Source: Bacilli bacterium | Lineage (GTDB): Bacteria > Bacillota_I > Bacilli_A > RFN20 > CAG-826 | DNA length: 64,000 nucleotides | Assembly: GCA_041669265.1 (NCBI GenBank) | Contig: JBAYBM010000005.1 | Coordinates: forward strand, 1,444-65,443 | Direction: 5' to 3' | Program-made: the position numbers and the translations under genes | Notes under the pieces: generated by a model | Database searches by the model: none | Seen by the model: only the letters and a program-made list of their open reading frames with translations | Told to the model about the DNA's origin: nothing | Shown: in pieces, positions 1-9,677 of the stretch | How the letters are laid out: each line of letters opens with the position of its first letter | Position numbering within the stretch: position 1 is the first letter of the stretch

Positions 1-143
1 GATTGATGTGTTTCTTTATATTGGAATAAAGTCATTACACTATCATCCTCCATATTATAAAACTGTGCTTTTACACCATTTTCATTTTCCATTCCGCAAA
101 TGATACACATTCTTGAATTATATTGCTTACTAACTACTTTCAT
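1..143 (-). CDS. PaaI/hotdog-fold thioesterase, N-terminal fragment (continues off the window)
   Basis: Not in the ORF track because it is truncated. The reverse complement reads ATG(143-141) MKVVSKQYNSRMCIICGMENENGVKAQFYNMEDDSVMTLFQYKETHQ with no stop. AGGAGG lies about 6 nt upstream. The ATG overlaps the TGA of the GNAT gene (ATGA). The C-x-x-C-G-x-x-N-x-x-G pattern is the usual N-terminus of PaaI-type thioesterases. Confidence 0.45.
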   Translation of the reverse strand, partial: MKVVSKQYNSRMCIICGMENENGVKAQFYNMEDDSVMTLFQYKETHQ

Positions 144-622
144 CTCTTCCCTCCTAACTTAATAATCCCTTCTTCATCTAAACGATATGTAGTCCAATCT
201 GACATTGGTTTTGCACCCATTTTTTTATAAAATTCTTTTGATGGCTCATTCCAATTTAAACATACCCATTCAAATCTAGCGCAACCATTATTTAAAGCAA
301 TGTTAGCTAATTCCTTAAAAATATATGTTCCATATCCTTTATGACGATATTCTGGTAATAAATACAAATCTTCTAAATATAATCCTGCTTTCCCTGTAAA
401 AGTAGAAAAATTATAAAAATATACTACATATCCGATGTCTTTTTTATTTTCTTCACACAAAAGAACATGAACAAGTTGTTTATCAAATATCCATTTCTTT
501 AAATCTTCTTTATTTGCTTTAACTTGATCAGATAATTTTTCATATTCAGCAATCTTTTTGACAAAAAATAATATAGTGTCTAAATCTTCAAGTTTAGCTT
601 CTTTTAAAATAAAAAAACTCAT
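140..622 (-). CDS. GNAT family N-acetyltransferase
   Basis: 160-aa ORF with the acetyl-CoA-binding motif A (RHKGYGTYIFKEL). The size and layout are typical of small GNATs. Confidence 0.8.
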   Translation of the reverse strand: MSFFILKEAKLEDLDTILFFVKKIAEYEKLSDQVKANKEDLKKWIFDKQLVHVLLCEENKKDIGYVVYFYNFSTFTGKAGLYLEDLYLLPEYRHKGYGTYIFKELANIALNNGCARFEWVCLNWNEPSKEFYKKMGAKPMSDWTTYRLDEEGIIKLGGKR

Positions 623-674
623 ATATTCATTTTATATGAGTTTTATGATTATATAAAGAAAAGAGTGATAAAAA

Positions 675-2012
675 CTATAATTTTAAATATTTAGCAACTT
701 CCCAATCGCTAACTAATACTCTATATTGATCCCACTCTAGACTCTTAGCTTCGATATATTTATTAAATATATGTTCACCTAAAACTTCTTTAGCTAAAGT
801 AGATTTTTTAAATTCCTTAACTGCATCTTTTAAATTCTCTGGTAAATTATCAATACCTTGGGCCTCTCTTTGTTCTCTAGTTAGCTCAAAAATATTATCA
901 TATACCGCATCAATTAATGGTTCGTCTTTTTTAATTCCATCAAGACCACTACCTAAAACACAAGCGGCCATTAAATATGGATTTGCGGCTGGATCAACAT
1001 TACGAATTTCGGTACGAGTTCCTTCTCCTCTTTTTTCAGGAATACGAATCATACTACTTCTATTAGCGTCACTCCAGCAAATATAACAAGGAGCTTCATA
1101 TCCAGGAACAATTCTCTTGTATGAATTTACTATAGGATTAGTAATGGCAGAAATTCCTCTACTATTCTTTAAGATTCCATTAATCCATTTTCTACATAAC
1201 ATACTTAATTGAAATGGTTGACTTGGATCATAAAATAAATTATTTCCTTCTTTATCTGATAACGAACAATTTACATGCATCCCATTCCCAGCTTTAAAAG
1301 CAACTGGTTTTGGCATAAATGTAGCAACTAAATGATGCTTTCTAGCAACTTCATGAACAACTTGTTTAAAAGTTTGAATATTATCACAGCAATCTAAAAC
1401 ATTTGAATATCTAAAATCAACTTCGTTTTGACCAGGACCAACTTCATGATGTGATGCTTCAACAGAAAAACCATATTTTTCAAGTTCTAAAACTATATCA
1501 TGACGACACTCAAAATCTTGATCAATTGAACCCATATCAAAATAACTAGCACTATCAGAAAAATCTAATGTAGCATTCCCTTTTTCATCTTCTTTTAATA
1601 AATAGAATTCTGGCTCAACACCCATATTGAAATTCTCGATACCCATTTCATGCATTTTTTCAATTTCTTGTTTCAAAACATAACGTGGATCACCTTTAAA
1701 TGGCTCACCAGTTGGCAAATAAACATCACAAATTAAACGGGCAGTTCTTGTTCCGTTTAAATTTTCAAAAGGTAAAACGATCCATGTATGATAATCTGGG
1801 TGGAGATACATATCAGCTTCCATAATACGAACAAATCCTTCAATTGAAGAACCATCGAACATAACTTTTCCATCCAAAACCTCTTTGATTCTTGAAACAG
1901 GAACTTCGACTGATTTTATCGTGCCTAACATATCAGTAAATTGTAAACGTATGTAAGAAACATTCTCTTTTTTGGCACTGAGTAATATCTCTTCTCTACT
2001 AATAGACTTCAT
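675..2012 (-). CDS. glnA: glutamine synthetase, type I
   Basis: Beta-grasp FDGSSIEGF, active-site KP..AGNGMHVNCSL, collinear over about 445 aa. The track start at 2027 is a TTG. The ATG at 2012-2010 has GGAGGA 7 nt upstream, so it is preferred. Confidence 0.95.
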   Translation of the reverse strand: MKSISREEILLSAKKENVSYIRLQFTDMLGTIKSVEVPVSRIKEVLDGKVMFDGSSIEGFVRIMEADMYLHPDYHTWIVLPFENLNGTRTARLICDVYLPTGEPFKGDPRYVLKQEIEKMHEMGIENFNMGVEPEFYLLKEDEKGNATLDFSDSASYFDMGSIDQDFECRHDIVLELEKYGFSVEASHHEVGPGQNEVDFRYSNVLDCCDNIQTFKQVVHEVARKHHLVATFMPKPVAFKAGNGMHVNCSLSDKEGNNLFYDPSQPFQLSMLCRKWINGILKNSRGISAITNPIVNSYKRIVPGYEAPCYICWSDANRSSMIRIPEKRGEGTRTEIRNVDPAANPYLMAACVLGSGLDGIKKDEPLIDAVYDNIFELTREQREAQGIDNLPENLKDAVKEFKKSTLAKEVLGEHIFNKYIEAKSLEWDQYRVLVSDWEVAKYLKL

Positions 2013-2129
2013 ATATGAGTCCTCCAAAAAATAACAACATAAATTATTATAAATACATTCAAAAATGATGGTATTAATTTTCTATTATTTTAAATAATAA
2101 GACTTATAATAATAACACGAGGTATTTTT

Positions 2130-3911
2130 ATGAGTGTTATAAACGAGAATTTATTAAAGTTACAAAAATTAATGAAAGAAAAAAATATAAGTTTGTATGT
2201 TATCCCAACAAGTGATAATCATTCTTCTGAATATATCAGTGATTATTTTAAATCTAGAGAATTTATGTCGGGTTTTACGGGTTCTGCTGGAACATTATTA
2301 GTAAGCTTAACAAACGCCTATTTATTTGTTGATGGAAGATATTTTATTCAAGCAGAAAACCAAATTAATGGAACAAATATTACCCTAGAAAAAATTGGTG
2401 AACCAAATGTTCCATCAATTAATGAATTAATTAAATCCTTATTAAAAGAAGGAGATAATATTGGTTTTGATGGAAATGTTTTGCCTTATTATGAAGCTAA
2501 AAATTATATTGATCTTGTTAATTACGTTGGCGGACATGTAGTTTCTATTGATTTAATTAATAATGTTTGGGAGAAACGTCCACCACTACCAAATGGAAAA
2601 ATCTTTATTCTAGATATTAAATATGCTGGAAAAGAAAGTAAAAACAAAATCGAGGACATAAGAAAAGAAATGATTGCTAAAAATGCAAAATATAATGTGA
2701 TTACTTCTCTTGATGATATTGCATGGATATTAAATCTTCGTGGAAACGATATTTCTTATAACCCTGTATTTTTAAGTTATTTAGTTATTGGAGAAAAAAC
2801 TATCGACTTATTTATTGATAAAAGTAAGATAGATTTAGATGTAGCAACATACTTAAAAGTTAATAAAATAAATGTTCATGATTATTATGAAATAATTAAT
2901 TTTGTTAAATTGATTAAAGAACCTATTCTTCTTGATTATCAAAAGGTAAATTATGAAATAGTATCAAATATTAAAGCTAATATTATTAATTCATATAACC
3001 CCTCTTTACTAATGAAATCTATTAAAAATCCAGTAGAAATTTCAAATCAAAAGAAATGTTTAATTAAAGATGGAGTTGCAATGACTAAATTTATGTATTG
3101 GTTAAAAAACAATATTGGTATTATTCCTATTACAGAAATTAGTGCACAAAACAAACTATATAAATTAAGAGAAGAACAAGAACATTATATTGAACCTTCT
3201 TTCAATACGATTTGTGCTTATAAATCACATGCTGCAATGATGCATTATAGCGCTACAAAGGAAAGTGATGTCCCTTTAACTAATGAGGGGATGTTGCTTG
3301 TCGATTCAGGTGGACAATATCTCGAAGGCACTACCGATATAACAAGAACCTTTGTTCTTGGAGAAATTTCTAAAGCTGAAAAACACCACTTTACTCTTGT
3401 TCTAGAATCTAGTTTAAATTTAATGAGGGTAGTTTTCTTACATGGTTGTACAGGTATTTCGCTTGATTTAGCAGCCAGAGAACCAATATGGAGAGAATTT
3501 TTAGATTATAAATGTGGCACTGGACATGGGGTAGGTTTTTTATTAAATGTTCATGAAGCTCCAAATGGTTTTAGATATAAAATTGTTCCCGAAAGAAATG
3601 ATTCACATGTTCTTGAACCAGGAATGATTACAACTGATGAACCTGGTATTTATTTAGAAAATGAATATGGAATTCGCCATGAAAACGAATTGCTTTGTAA
3701 AGAAATCATGACTAATAACCAAGGCACTTTCTTAGGTTTTGAAAATATAACTATGTGCCCTATTGATATTGATGGAATCGATCCAAAAGAATTGAGTAAA
3801 GAAAATAGAGAATATTTAAATAATTATCATAAAAAAGTATATAAGACAATTAAGCCATTTTTAACCAAAGAAGAGGCAAGATGGCTTAGAAAATATACTA
3901 GAAAAATCTAA
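2130..3911 (+). CDS. Xaa-Pro aminopeptidase (M24B family, creatinase-type N-domains)
   Basis: 593 aa. The pita-bread domain metal-ligand motifs are HGVGFLLNVHE and EPGIYLENEYGIRHEN, and the long N-terminal domains are typical of aminopeptidase P. Confidence 0.85.
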   Translation: MSVINENLLKLQKLMKEKNISLYVIPTSDNHSSEYISDYFKSREFMSGFTGSAGTLLVSLTNAYLFVDGRYFIQAENQINGTNITLEKIGEPNVPSINELIKSLLKEGDNIGFDGNVLPYYEAKNYIDLVNYVGGHVVSIDLINNVWEKRPPLPNGKIFILDIKYAGKESKNKIEDIRKEMIAKNAKYNVITSLDDIAWILNLRGNDISYNPVFLSYLVIGEKTIDLFIDKSKIDLDVATYLKVNKINVHDYYEIINFVKLIKEPILLDYQKVNYEIVSNIKANIINSYNPSLLMKSIKNPVEISNQKKCLIKDGVAMTKFMYWLKNNIGIIPITEISAQNKLYKLREEQEHYIEPSFNTICAYKSHAAMMHYSATKESDVPLTNEGMLLVDSGGQYLEGTTDITRTFVLGEISKAEKHHFTLVLESSLNLMRVVFLHGCTGISLDLAAREPIWREFLDYKCGTGHGVGFLLNVHEAPNGFRYKIVPERNDSHVLEPGMITTDEPGIYLENEYGIRHENELLCKEIMTNNQGTFLGFENITMCPIDIDGIDPKELSKENREYLNNYHKKVYKTIKPFLTKEEARWLRKYTRKI

Positions 3912-4005
3912 TTGCCTACTTTTCTTTACATAATGTAAATAACATTTAATTGATATAAACTTAGAAAATAAGTAGTATTTTTATTGTTAAAGAGAGGTAT
4001 TTATT

Positions 4006-4728
4006 ATGAGCAATAAATTCATTAAAGGTGCTGGCAAATTAGGATTGCCAAGTCTATATAAATATGAAGACAGTGAATCGTTTTCTCCTATTGAAGGAGA
4101 AATTAAAATTGATAAACAGATTAATCGTTTATTTATAGATTGGATTGATGGAGAAATTCATATTAATCAAAGAGATAATTTGACTATAAGAGAAGATATA
4201 AATACAACAGACAAACAATATAGAGCATTCTATAGAGTTAAAGATGATGAACTAATTATTAGATATGTAGAAAATGATACAAATATTGGAGTAAATCACT
4301 ATAATAAAGACTTATTTATAAGTCTACCAAAAAAACTATATGAAAGAATTTATATTGACAATATTAACGCAAATATCAAAATTAAAGATCAAGAGATAAA
4401 TGAATTGAAATTTGATAATGTTAATGGAGATATTACCATCAATTCAAATGTTAAAACACTAAATATTAATGATGTAGGAGGATCGATTGTATATTATCCA
4501 TATCTAGGAAAATACGAAACGAATTTAAAACTACATGCCGTTAGCGGAGACTTAACTATTTATATGAATGAAGAATCAAGTTTTAGAATTAAATCTAATT
4601 TTGTAAGTGGTAATGTTTCTTCTTATCTTCCACTTGACAATAATCAATATAATAATGGTAAATCTATTATTCAATTAGATGTAGTAAGTGGCGATTTAAA
4701 AATTAAAAAATATACAAAGGAAAACTAA
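4006..4728 (+). CDS. DUF4097-like beta-strand-repeat protein (no signal peptide)
   Basis: 240 aa of short repeated strands with recurring VSGD/VSGN/NGDI units. It is paralogous to the next ORF (IDWIDGEIHI vs VDWIYGNIDI). Confidence 0.55.
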   Translation: MSNKFIKGAGKLGLPSLYKYEDSESFSPIEGEIKIDKQINRLFIDWIDGEIHINQRDNLTIREDINTTDKQYRAFYRVKDDELIIRYVENDTNIGVNHYNKDLFISLPKKLYERIYIDNINANIKIKDQEINELKFDNVNGDITINSNVKTLNINDVGGSIVYYPYLGKYETNLKLHAVSGDLTIYMNEESSFRIKSNFVSGNVSSYLPLDNNQYNNGKSIIQLDVVSGDLKIKKYTKEN

Positions 4729-4729
4729 A

Positions 4730-5491
4730 ATGAAAAACAAAATATTATTATTAGCAACATCTTTATTGTTATTAGTAACAACAAGTTGCAAAAACACCGT
4801 TTCTATAGGAACAATTTATAGATATAATAATTCAGATAAATATACAATTATTAATGAAGAAGCTTCTTTTGAAAATAATGAAATTACTACAATTGATGTT
4901 GATTGGATTTATGGAAATATTGATATTATATATGACTTAGATTCAGCCTCTTTATTTACAATTAAAGAAGATAATGGTTATTCTTCGCAAGCAGGTAAAG
5001 GAAGATATTATATTGATAACTCTACTTTATATATTCGTTTCTTTGAAAACAATGCTGGCCTAATCAATTTAGATAAAAGTAAGAATAAAAATTTAACAAT
5101 TACTTTGCCACAAAAAGATTACTCATTAATTAATATTGATACAATTAGTACAGATACAATTTGTGATATAAACGCAAACAAAATTACTTGTGATTCAGTG
5201 AGTGGAAATTTCACTTGTAACGCAAATCCAGGTAACATTGACATTGATAATGTAAGTGGAAATATTTATATAAACCCTTCAAATCCCCTCTCTTTTAATG
5301 TTGAAATCGACACTGTGAGTGGTGATAGTAATTTTATTCTTCATGAAACCTCTGACTTTAAAGTTGATTTATCTTCGGTTTCTGGATCTATTAATAGCGA
5401 TTTTTCTTTAACAAATAATTCCTATGGAAAGGGAACATATTTATTAAATGTTGATTCAGTAAGTGGCTCTGTGAATATAAATAAACTCTAA
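4730..5491 (+). CDS. DUF4097-like beta-strand-repeat lipoprotein
   Basis: 253 aa with a signal peptide and lipobox-like LVTTSC, then the same VSGN/VSGD/VSGS repeat organisation. It starts 2 nt after the previous stop. Confidence 0.55.
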   Translation: MKNKILLLATSLLLLVTTSCKNTVSIGTIYRYNNSDKYTIINEEASFENNEITTIDVDWIYGNIDIIYDLDSASLFTIKEDNGYSSQAGKGRYYIDNSTLYIRFFENNAGLINLDKSKNKNLTITLPQKDYSLINIDTISTDTICDINANKITCDSVSGNFTCNANPGNIDIDNVSGNIYINPSNPLSFNVEIDTVSGDSNFILHETSDFKVDLSSVSGSINSDFSLTNNSYGKGTYLLNVDSVSGSVNINKL

Positions 5492-5517
5492 TTATCTATT
5501 TATATATTTCGTATTAT

Positions 5518-5545
5518 AAAAAGAGGTTTTTATACCTCTTTTTTT
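5518..5545. terminator. bidirectional rho-independent terminator
   Basis: AAGAGGT-TTTTAT-ACCTCTT hairpin flanked by an A-run on the left and T5 on the right. It can terminate both the + strand DUF4097 pair and the - strand tRNA-Gln transcript. Confidence 0.75.
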
Positions 5546-5639
5546 GATACTTTTTACAAACAAATTTCTTTTTATAAGTATCATTATTTTTAAAAACTAT
5601 ATCATTTATGCATTCAATTAAAACATTCGTATTTTCTTT

Positions 5640-5715
5640 TGGTTGAGGCGGGTGGGTTCGAACCACCGTATGTAGGTTTCAGAGACCTATGACTTTACCA
5701 CTTGTCTACGCCTCA
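5640..5715 (-). tRNA. tRNA-Gln (anticodon CUG), CCA encoded
   Basis: Acceptor stem TGAGGCG/CGCCTCA. Anticodon stem TAGGT/ACCTA with loop CTCTGAA (anticodon CTG). 5-nt variable loop. T arm GGTGG-TTCGAAC-CCACC. Discriminator A followed by CCA. Confidence 0.9.
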
Positions 5716-5724
5716 ATATTATTT

Positions 5725-6192
5725 TTAGTTCTCTATATAAATTACATCTTGAAACAATCTTTTTGTATCTTCATCTAATTTTTCATATGTATTATGCATA
5801 TTCTCCATTATGTTTTGAGGAACAATTCTATCAGGATTTCTCATCTTGTTTCTTTCAATACAAATCTCAAAAGGGACTTCAAAAATTACTAAAACATATT
5901 TATTAAACGATGGCACTCTTTTAATTATTCCTTTTCTAATTTCATTTGTTAAGTTAGTTGAATCAAGAATAACTGAACAATCTTTTAAATCAGCAGCATA
6001 ACGATTTGCTCTTGAATAATATTCATCCCAAACTTTTGCTTCATTACCAAAATATTGAAATTTTCCACCAATTTCTTTCCTTATATTATCGCTTGAAATA
6101 ATAAATGTATTTGGATGACTTTTATTAAATAAAAGCCCCCAAGTTGATTTACCACTTCCAGGCAATCCACTTAAAACATAAAGGATGCGCAT
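5725..6192 (-). CDS. small P-loop kinase-like ATP-binding protein (AAA_33 / polynucleotide-kinase-like)
   Basis: 155 aa with an N-terminal Walker A, GLPGSGKST. It starts 2 nt after the galE stop, so it is operonic. Confidence 0.6.
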   Translation of the reverse strand: MRILYVLSGLPGSGKSTWGLLFNKSHPNTFIISSDNIRKEIGGKFQYFGNEAKVWDEYYSRANRYAADLKDCSVILDSTNLTNEIRKGIIKRVPSFNKYVLVIFEVPFEICIERNKMRNPDRIVPQNIMENMHNTYEKLDEDTKRLFQDVIYIEN

Positions 6193-6194
6193 AT

Positions 6195-7217
6195 TTATTT
6201 CTTCATTGAATTTCTTTTATTTTCAGCTAATTGAAAATTATAGCCATCTCTACAAGCATCTAAAACTGTAAATTTACATTCAAATCCAAGTTCTTTTTTA
6301 GCTTTATCACAATTTGCATAACTTGTTGCAATATCGCCAGGTCTACGAGGCCCAATAACATAAGGAATTTTAATACCAGTAGCTTTTTCATAATCATGAA
6401 TCATTTCTAAAACACTTGTTCCTTTTCCAGTTCCTAAATTATAAATAACTAAACCACATTTTGTAGCAAGTTTCTTTAGAGCTAAAACATGGCCATTTGC
6501 TAAATCAACAACGTGTATATAATCTCTTACACCTGTTCCATCAACAGTATCATAATCATTCCCATAAACATTAACTTGTTTTAATTTTCCAGTTGCTACT
6601 TTTGCAATGTATGGTAATAAATTATTTGGAATTCCATTTGGATCTTCACCTAACAAACCGGATTCATGTGCTCCAATTGGATTAAAATATCTTAACAATG
6701 CAACATTATATTCTGGATGAACATGGCAAACATCAGTTAAAATTCTTTCAATCATAACCTTGCTTTCACCATATGGAGAAGTTGCAGATTTAACAGGATC
6801 ATTCTCAGTCATTGGAATGTGATCTGGATTGCCATAAACTGTTGCACTACTACTAAAAACAAAATTATTAACTTTATATATATTCATCATTTCTAATAAA
6901 ACAAATGTAGAAATAAGATTATTTTCATAATATTCAAGTGGTTTACTTACAGATTCACCAACTGCTTTATATCCTGCAAAATGTATTATTGAATCAATTT
7001 TCTCTTTAGCAAATATTTTGTCCATTTCTTTTCGATTTTGAACATCAACATCATAATAATTACATTTCACACCAGTAATTTTTTTGATTCTATCTAATAC
7101 TTCGATTTTAGCATTATATAGATTATCTACAATAACTACCTCAAATCCTGCTTCAATTAAACTAACAACTGTGTGACTTCCAATAAAACCTAATCCGCCT
7201 GTTACTAATACTCTCAT
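6195..7217 (-). CDS. galE: UDP-glucose 4-epimerase
   Basis: 340 aa with Rossmann motif GGLGFIGSH and catalytic SPYGESK (YxxxK). It is collinear with GalE throughout. Confidence 0.9.
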   Translation of the reverse strand: MRVLVTGGLGFIGSHTVVSLIEAGFEVVIVDNLYNAKIEVLDRIKKITGVKCNYYDVDVQNRKEMDKIFAKEKIDSIIHFAGYKAVGESVSKPLEYYENNLISTFVLLEMMNIYKVNNFVFSSSATVYGNPDHIPMTENDPVKSATSPYGESKVMIERILTDVCHVHPEYNVALLRYFNPIGAHESGLLGEDPNGIPNNLLPYIAKVATGKLKQVNVYGNDYDTVDGTGVRDYIHVVDLANGHVLALKKLATKCGLVIYNLGTGKGTSVLEMIHDYEKATGIKIPYVIGPRRPGDIATSYANCDKAKKELGFECKFTVLDACRDGYNFQLAENKRNSMKK

Positions 7218-7229
7218 AAAGTTTCCTCC

Positions 7230-7904
7230 CTAACGACTGCCAATTTTTTTGGCTTCTTTATGTTCTTTTTTTGTAGTATATTTAATTTCTTTTTTAGATT
7301 CAACTAATACCGATTTTGGCAACACATCTTTACTTACTTTTGACATAATTGAATCTGCCATACTTTTAGCTGTATCTGCTTCAGTATAAAGTCTAAGAGC
7401 TACATAAATAAGGTTAAGATTTTCAATATCTTTCTGTGATTCACCTTTTTTTGGTTTCTTTTTTACTGCTTTATCAATTGCATCTAATCTAACTTTAACT
7501 TTATGTGCTTGGTTTTTAATAGCTTCATCTTGAATGCTTTTAAATAAGGCATATAAAGACTGCTTGTTATCAGTAAACTTTTTATCCATATCAATAAGAA
7601 CAGCAATATCTTTCATTGGAACAACGCCCTTTAATAAAGAAATTGATATTAAATAAGCGATTAAATCAGTACTATATTTTTTATCTTTTGGCGAACCAAT
7701 TATCTTTGCTTTAACATAATTATTAACCATAAAAGGAGTAATAATTTGATCATTATTAATATAAATTGGATTCAAAGCATCTTTAACATAGGTAATAACT
7801 TGTTCCATATAAAGTGGAATTTGAGGTAATTCTTTATAGTCTGGCAATTTATATTTTTCTAAATTTTTGAAATATTCATTTAAGTCTTTTAATGTTTCAC
7901 TCAT
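7230..7904 (-). CDS. DUF1836 domain protein (putative DNA-binding)
   Basis: 224 aa. The N-terminal ..LPQIPLYMEQVITYV.. motif is characteristic of DUF1836. The C-terminal tail is Lys-rich. Confidence 0.5.
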   Translation of the reverse strand: MSETLKDLNEYFKNLEKYKLPDYKELPQIPLYMEQVITYVKDALNPIYINNDQIITPFMVNNYVKAKIIGSPKDKKYSTDLIAYLISISLLKGVVPMKDIAVLIDMDKKFTDNKQSLYALFKSIQDEAIKNQAHKVKVRLDAIDKAVKKKPKKGESQKDIENLNLIYVALRLYTEADTAKSMADSIMSKVSKDVLPKSVLVESKKEIKYTTKKEHKEAKKIGSR

Positions 7905-7984
7905 ATTGAATATTTTATCATACTTTATTCTTCATATGTAGTTTTTTAAACTAGAACAATATAAAATAAATTAAGGAGATTTTT

Positions 7985-8902
7985 ATGGATAATAAACTTA
8001 CAAGTAACAAAATAATCTTAGGATTAATGCGATTAAAAAATGTAACAATAGAAGAACTTGAAAAATTAATTAAAGAGTCAACTGATTTAGGAATTACTTA
8101 TTTTGATCTTTCTGATATCTACGGACGGGGAGAATCAGAAGAAAAATTTGGTGAAGTAATGAAACGAAACCCTTCTTTAAGAAACAAAATAATTATTCAA
8201 ACAAAATGTGGCATTATTAAAAACGACATAGAAGGCTATGCTTTGTATGATTTATCATATGAACACATAATTGAAGCCTGTAATGCATCACTAAAAAGAC
8301 TAAACATTAATTACCTAGATGTTTTATTGCTTCATAGACCAGATATTTTAATGGATTCTAAAGAAATAAATAAGGCAATAAAACAACTATTTGACGAGGG
8401 TAAAATTAAACATTTTGGTGTTTCTAATTTTTCATCCACAGCAATTGAATATTTAAGAAAAGATATGCAAATCCCTGTTGAAATTGATCAACTCCAATTA
8501 GGTTTAGGGAGTCTAAATTTAATTAAGCAAGAAATGAATATAAATTTAACAAATGAGGAATCAATATCACGAGATAATGGAACTTATTTTTATTTAAAGA
8601 AGAATAATATGCTTTTACAAACTTGGTCGCCTTATCAAGTTGGTTTTTTTGGTGGTTCAATTTTTAAAGATGAGAAATATAAAAAAACTAATGAATTGCT
8701 AGAAGATTTAGCGAAAAAATATAATACTTCTCCTTGTGCAATTGCTACGAGTTTTTTACTCATGCTCGGGAAAAACATTCAAGTTATTACAGGATCAACT
8801 AACATTGAACATGTTAAACAAAGTTACGATGGAACAAAAATAAAATTAACAAAAATCGAATGGTATAAACTCTATTGTTCAACTGGAAATATGCTCCCAT
8901 AA
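7985..8902 (+). CDS. aldo/keto reductase
   Basis: 305 aa with the AKR signature region GITYFDLSDIYGRGESEEKFG and LLLHRPD. Confidence 0.8.
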   Translation: MDNKLTSNKIILGLMRLKNVTIEELEKLIKESTDLGITYFDLSDIYGRGESEEKFGEVMKRNPSLRNKIIIQTKCGIIKNDIEGYALYDLSYEHIIEACNASLKRLNINYLDVLLLHRPDILMDSKEINKAIKQLFDEGKIKHFGVSNFSSTAIEYLRKDMQIPVEIDQLQLGLGSLNLIKQEMNINLTNEESISRDNGTYFYLKKNNMLLQTWSPYQVGFFGGSIFKDEKYKKTNELLEDLAKKYNTSPCAIATSFLLMLGKNIQVITGSTNIEHVKQSYDGTKIKLTKIEWYKLYCSTGNMLP

Positions 8903-9040
8903 AAATTATTAAAAATCTATTTTTAAACTAAAAAAATTGTTATTAATTTAACATTAAAAATTAGCATTATAAACCAATGTTTCTTTATTTATAACTAATA
9001 AAATATTTATAATATTAATATTATTTAAATGGAGAGAATT

Positions 9041-9616
9041 ATGAAAGAAATTATATTATCAGAAGAAGAAATTCGTGAAGTAATTGCTAGATTAGGCAAA
9101 GATTTAACAAAAAAATTCAAAAAATCAGGCTCAGTCCCTGTATTTGTTGGTGTTTTAAAGGGTGCAACAATGTTTATGATGGACTTAATTCGTCAATGTG
9201 ATTTCCCATTAATTTGTGATTTTATCCAAGTTACAAGTTATGATGGAACATCATCTACTGGCGTAATTCACTTAAAAAAGGACATTAGTGAAGACATTAA
9301 AGATAAAGACTTAGTTATTGTTGAAGATATTGTTGATACCGGTTTAACTTTAAATTACTTAAAACAATATATTCAAATTAAATACAAACCAAGATCAATT
9401 ACTGTTGTTTGCTTTATTGATAAAAAGCCTTTAAGAAAAGTTGATTTTAAATGTGATTATGTTGGCGTCACTTTAAACGAAAAGAAATTCTTATTTGGTT
9501 ATGGATTTGATTATCATGAAATTGGTCGTAATGTTCCTTATGTTTATGTCCCAGATCAAAAACAAATTGAAGAGATGGATAAAATTGTCGCAGAAAACCA
9601 TTTAGCAGACAAATAA
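9041..9616 (+). CDS. hpt: hypoxanthine phosphoribosyltransferase
   Basis: PRPP-binding motif LVIVEDIVDTGLTL and typical length. The second ATG (9041) follows GGAGAG; the track start at 9029 is less likely. Confidence 0.9.
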   Translation: MKEIILSEEEIREVIARLGKDLTKKFKKSGSVPVFVGVLKGATMFMMDLIRQCDFPLICDFIQVTSYDGTSSTGVIHLKKDISEDIKDKDLVIVEDIVDTGLTLNYLKQYIQIKYKPRSITVVCFIDKKPLRKVDFKCDYVGVTLNEKKFLFGYGFDYHEIGRNVPYVYVPDQKQIEEMDKIVAENHLADK

Positions 9617-9645
9617 AAAAGTGCCGCAAAGAGCACTTAAAATAT

Positions 9646-9675
9646 AAAAAGAACCAGCATTTGCTGGTTCTTTTG
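9646..9675. terminator. bidirectional terminator between convergent hpt and the gltD-like gene
   Basis: A5 + AGAACCAGCA-TT-TGCTGGTTCT + T-run. Confidence 0.8.
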
Positions 9676-9677
9676 TT

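Noticed and set aside
2013-2129. Searched the glnA upstream region for GlnR/TnrA boxes (TGTNAN7TNACA).
   Set aside because: No full match was found by eye. Only TGT-rich AT sequence is present.
8903-9040. Checked for a purine riboswitch upstream of hpt. Also checked for an M-box upstream of corA (54748-54982).
   Set aside because: Neither region contains the conserved GC-containing cores of these riboswitches. Both are almost pure AT with no convincing multi-stem structure.
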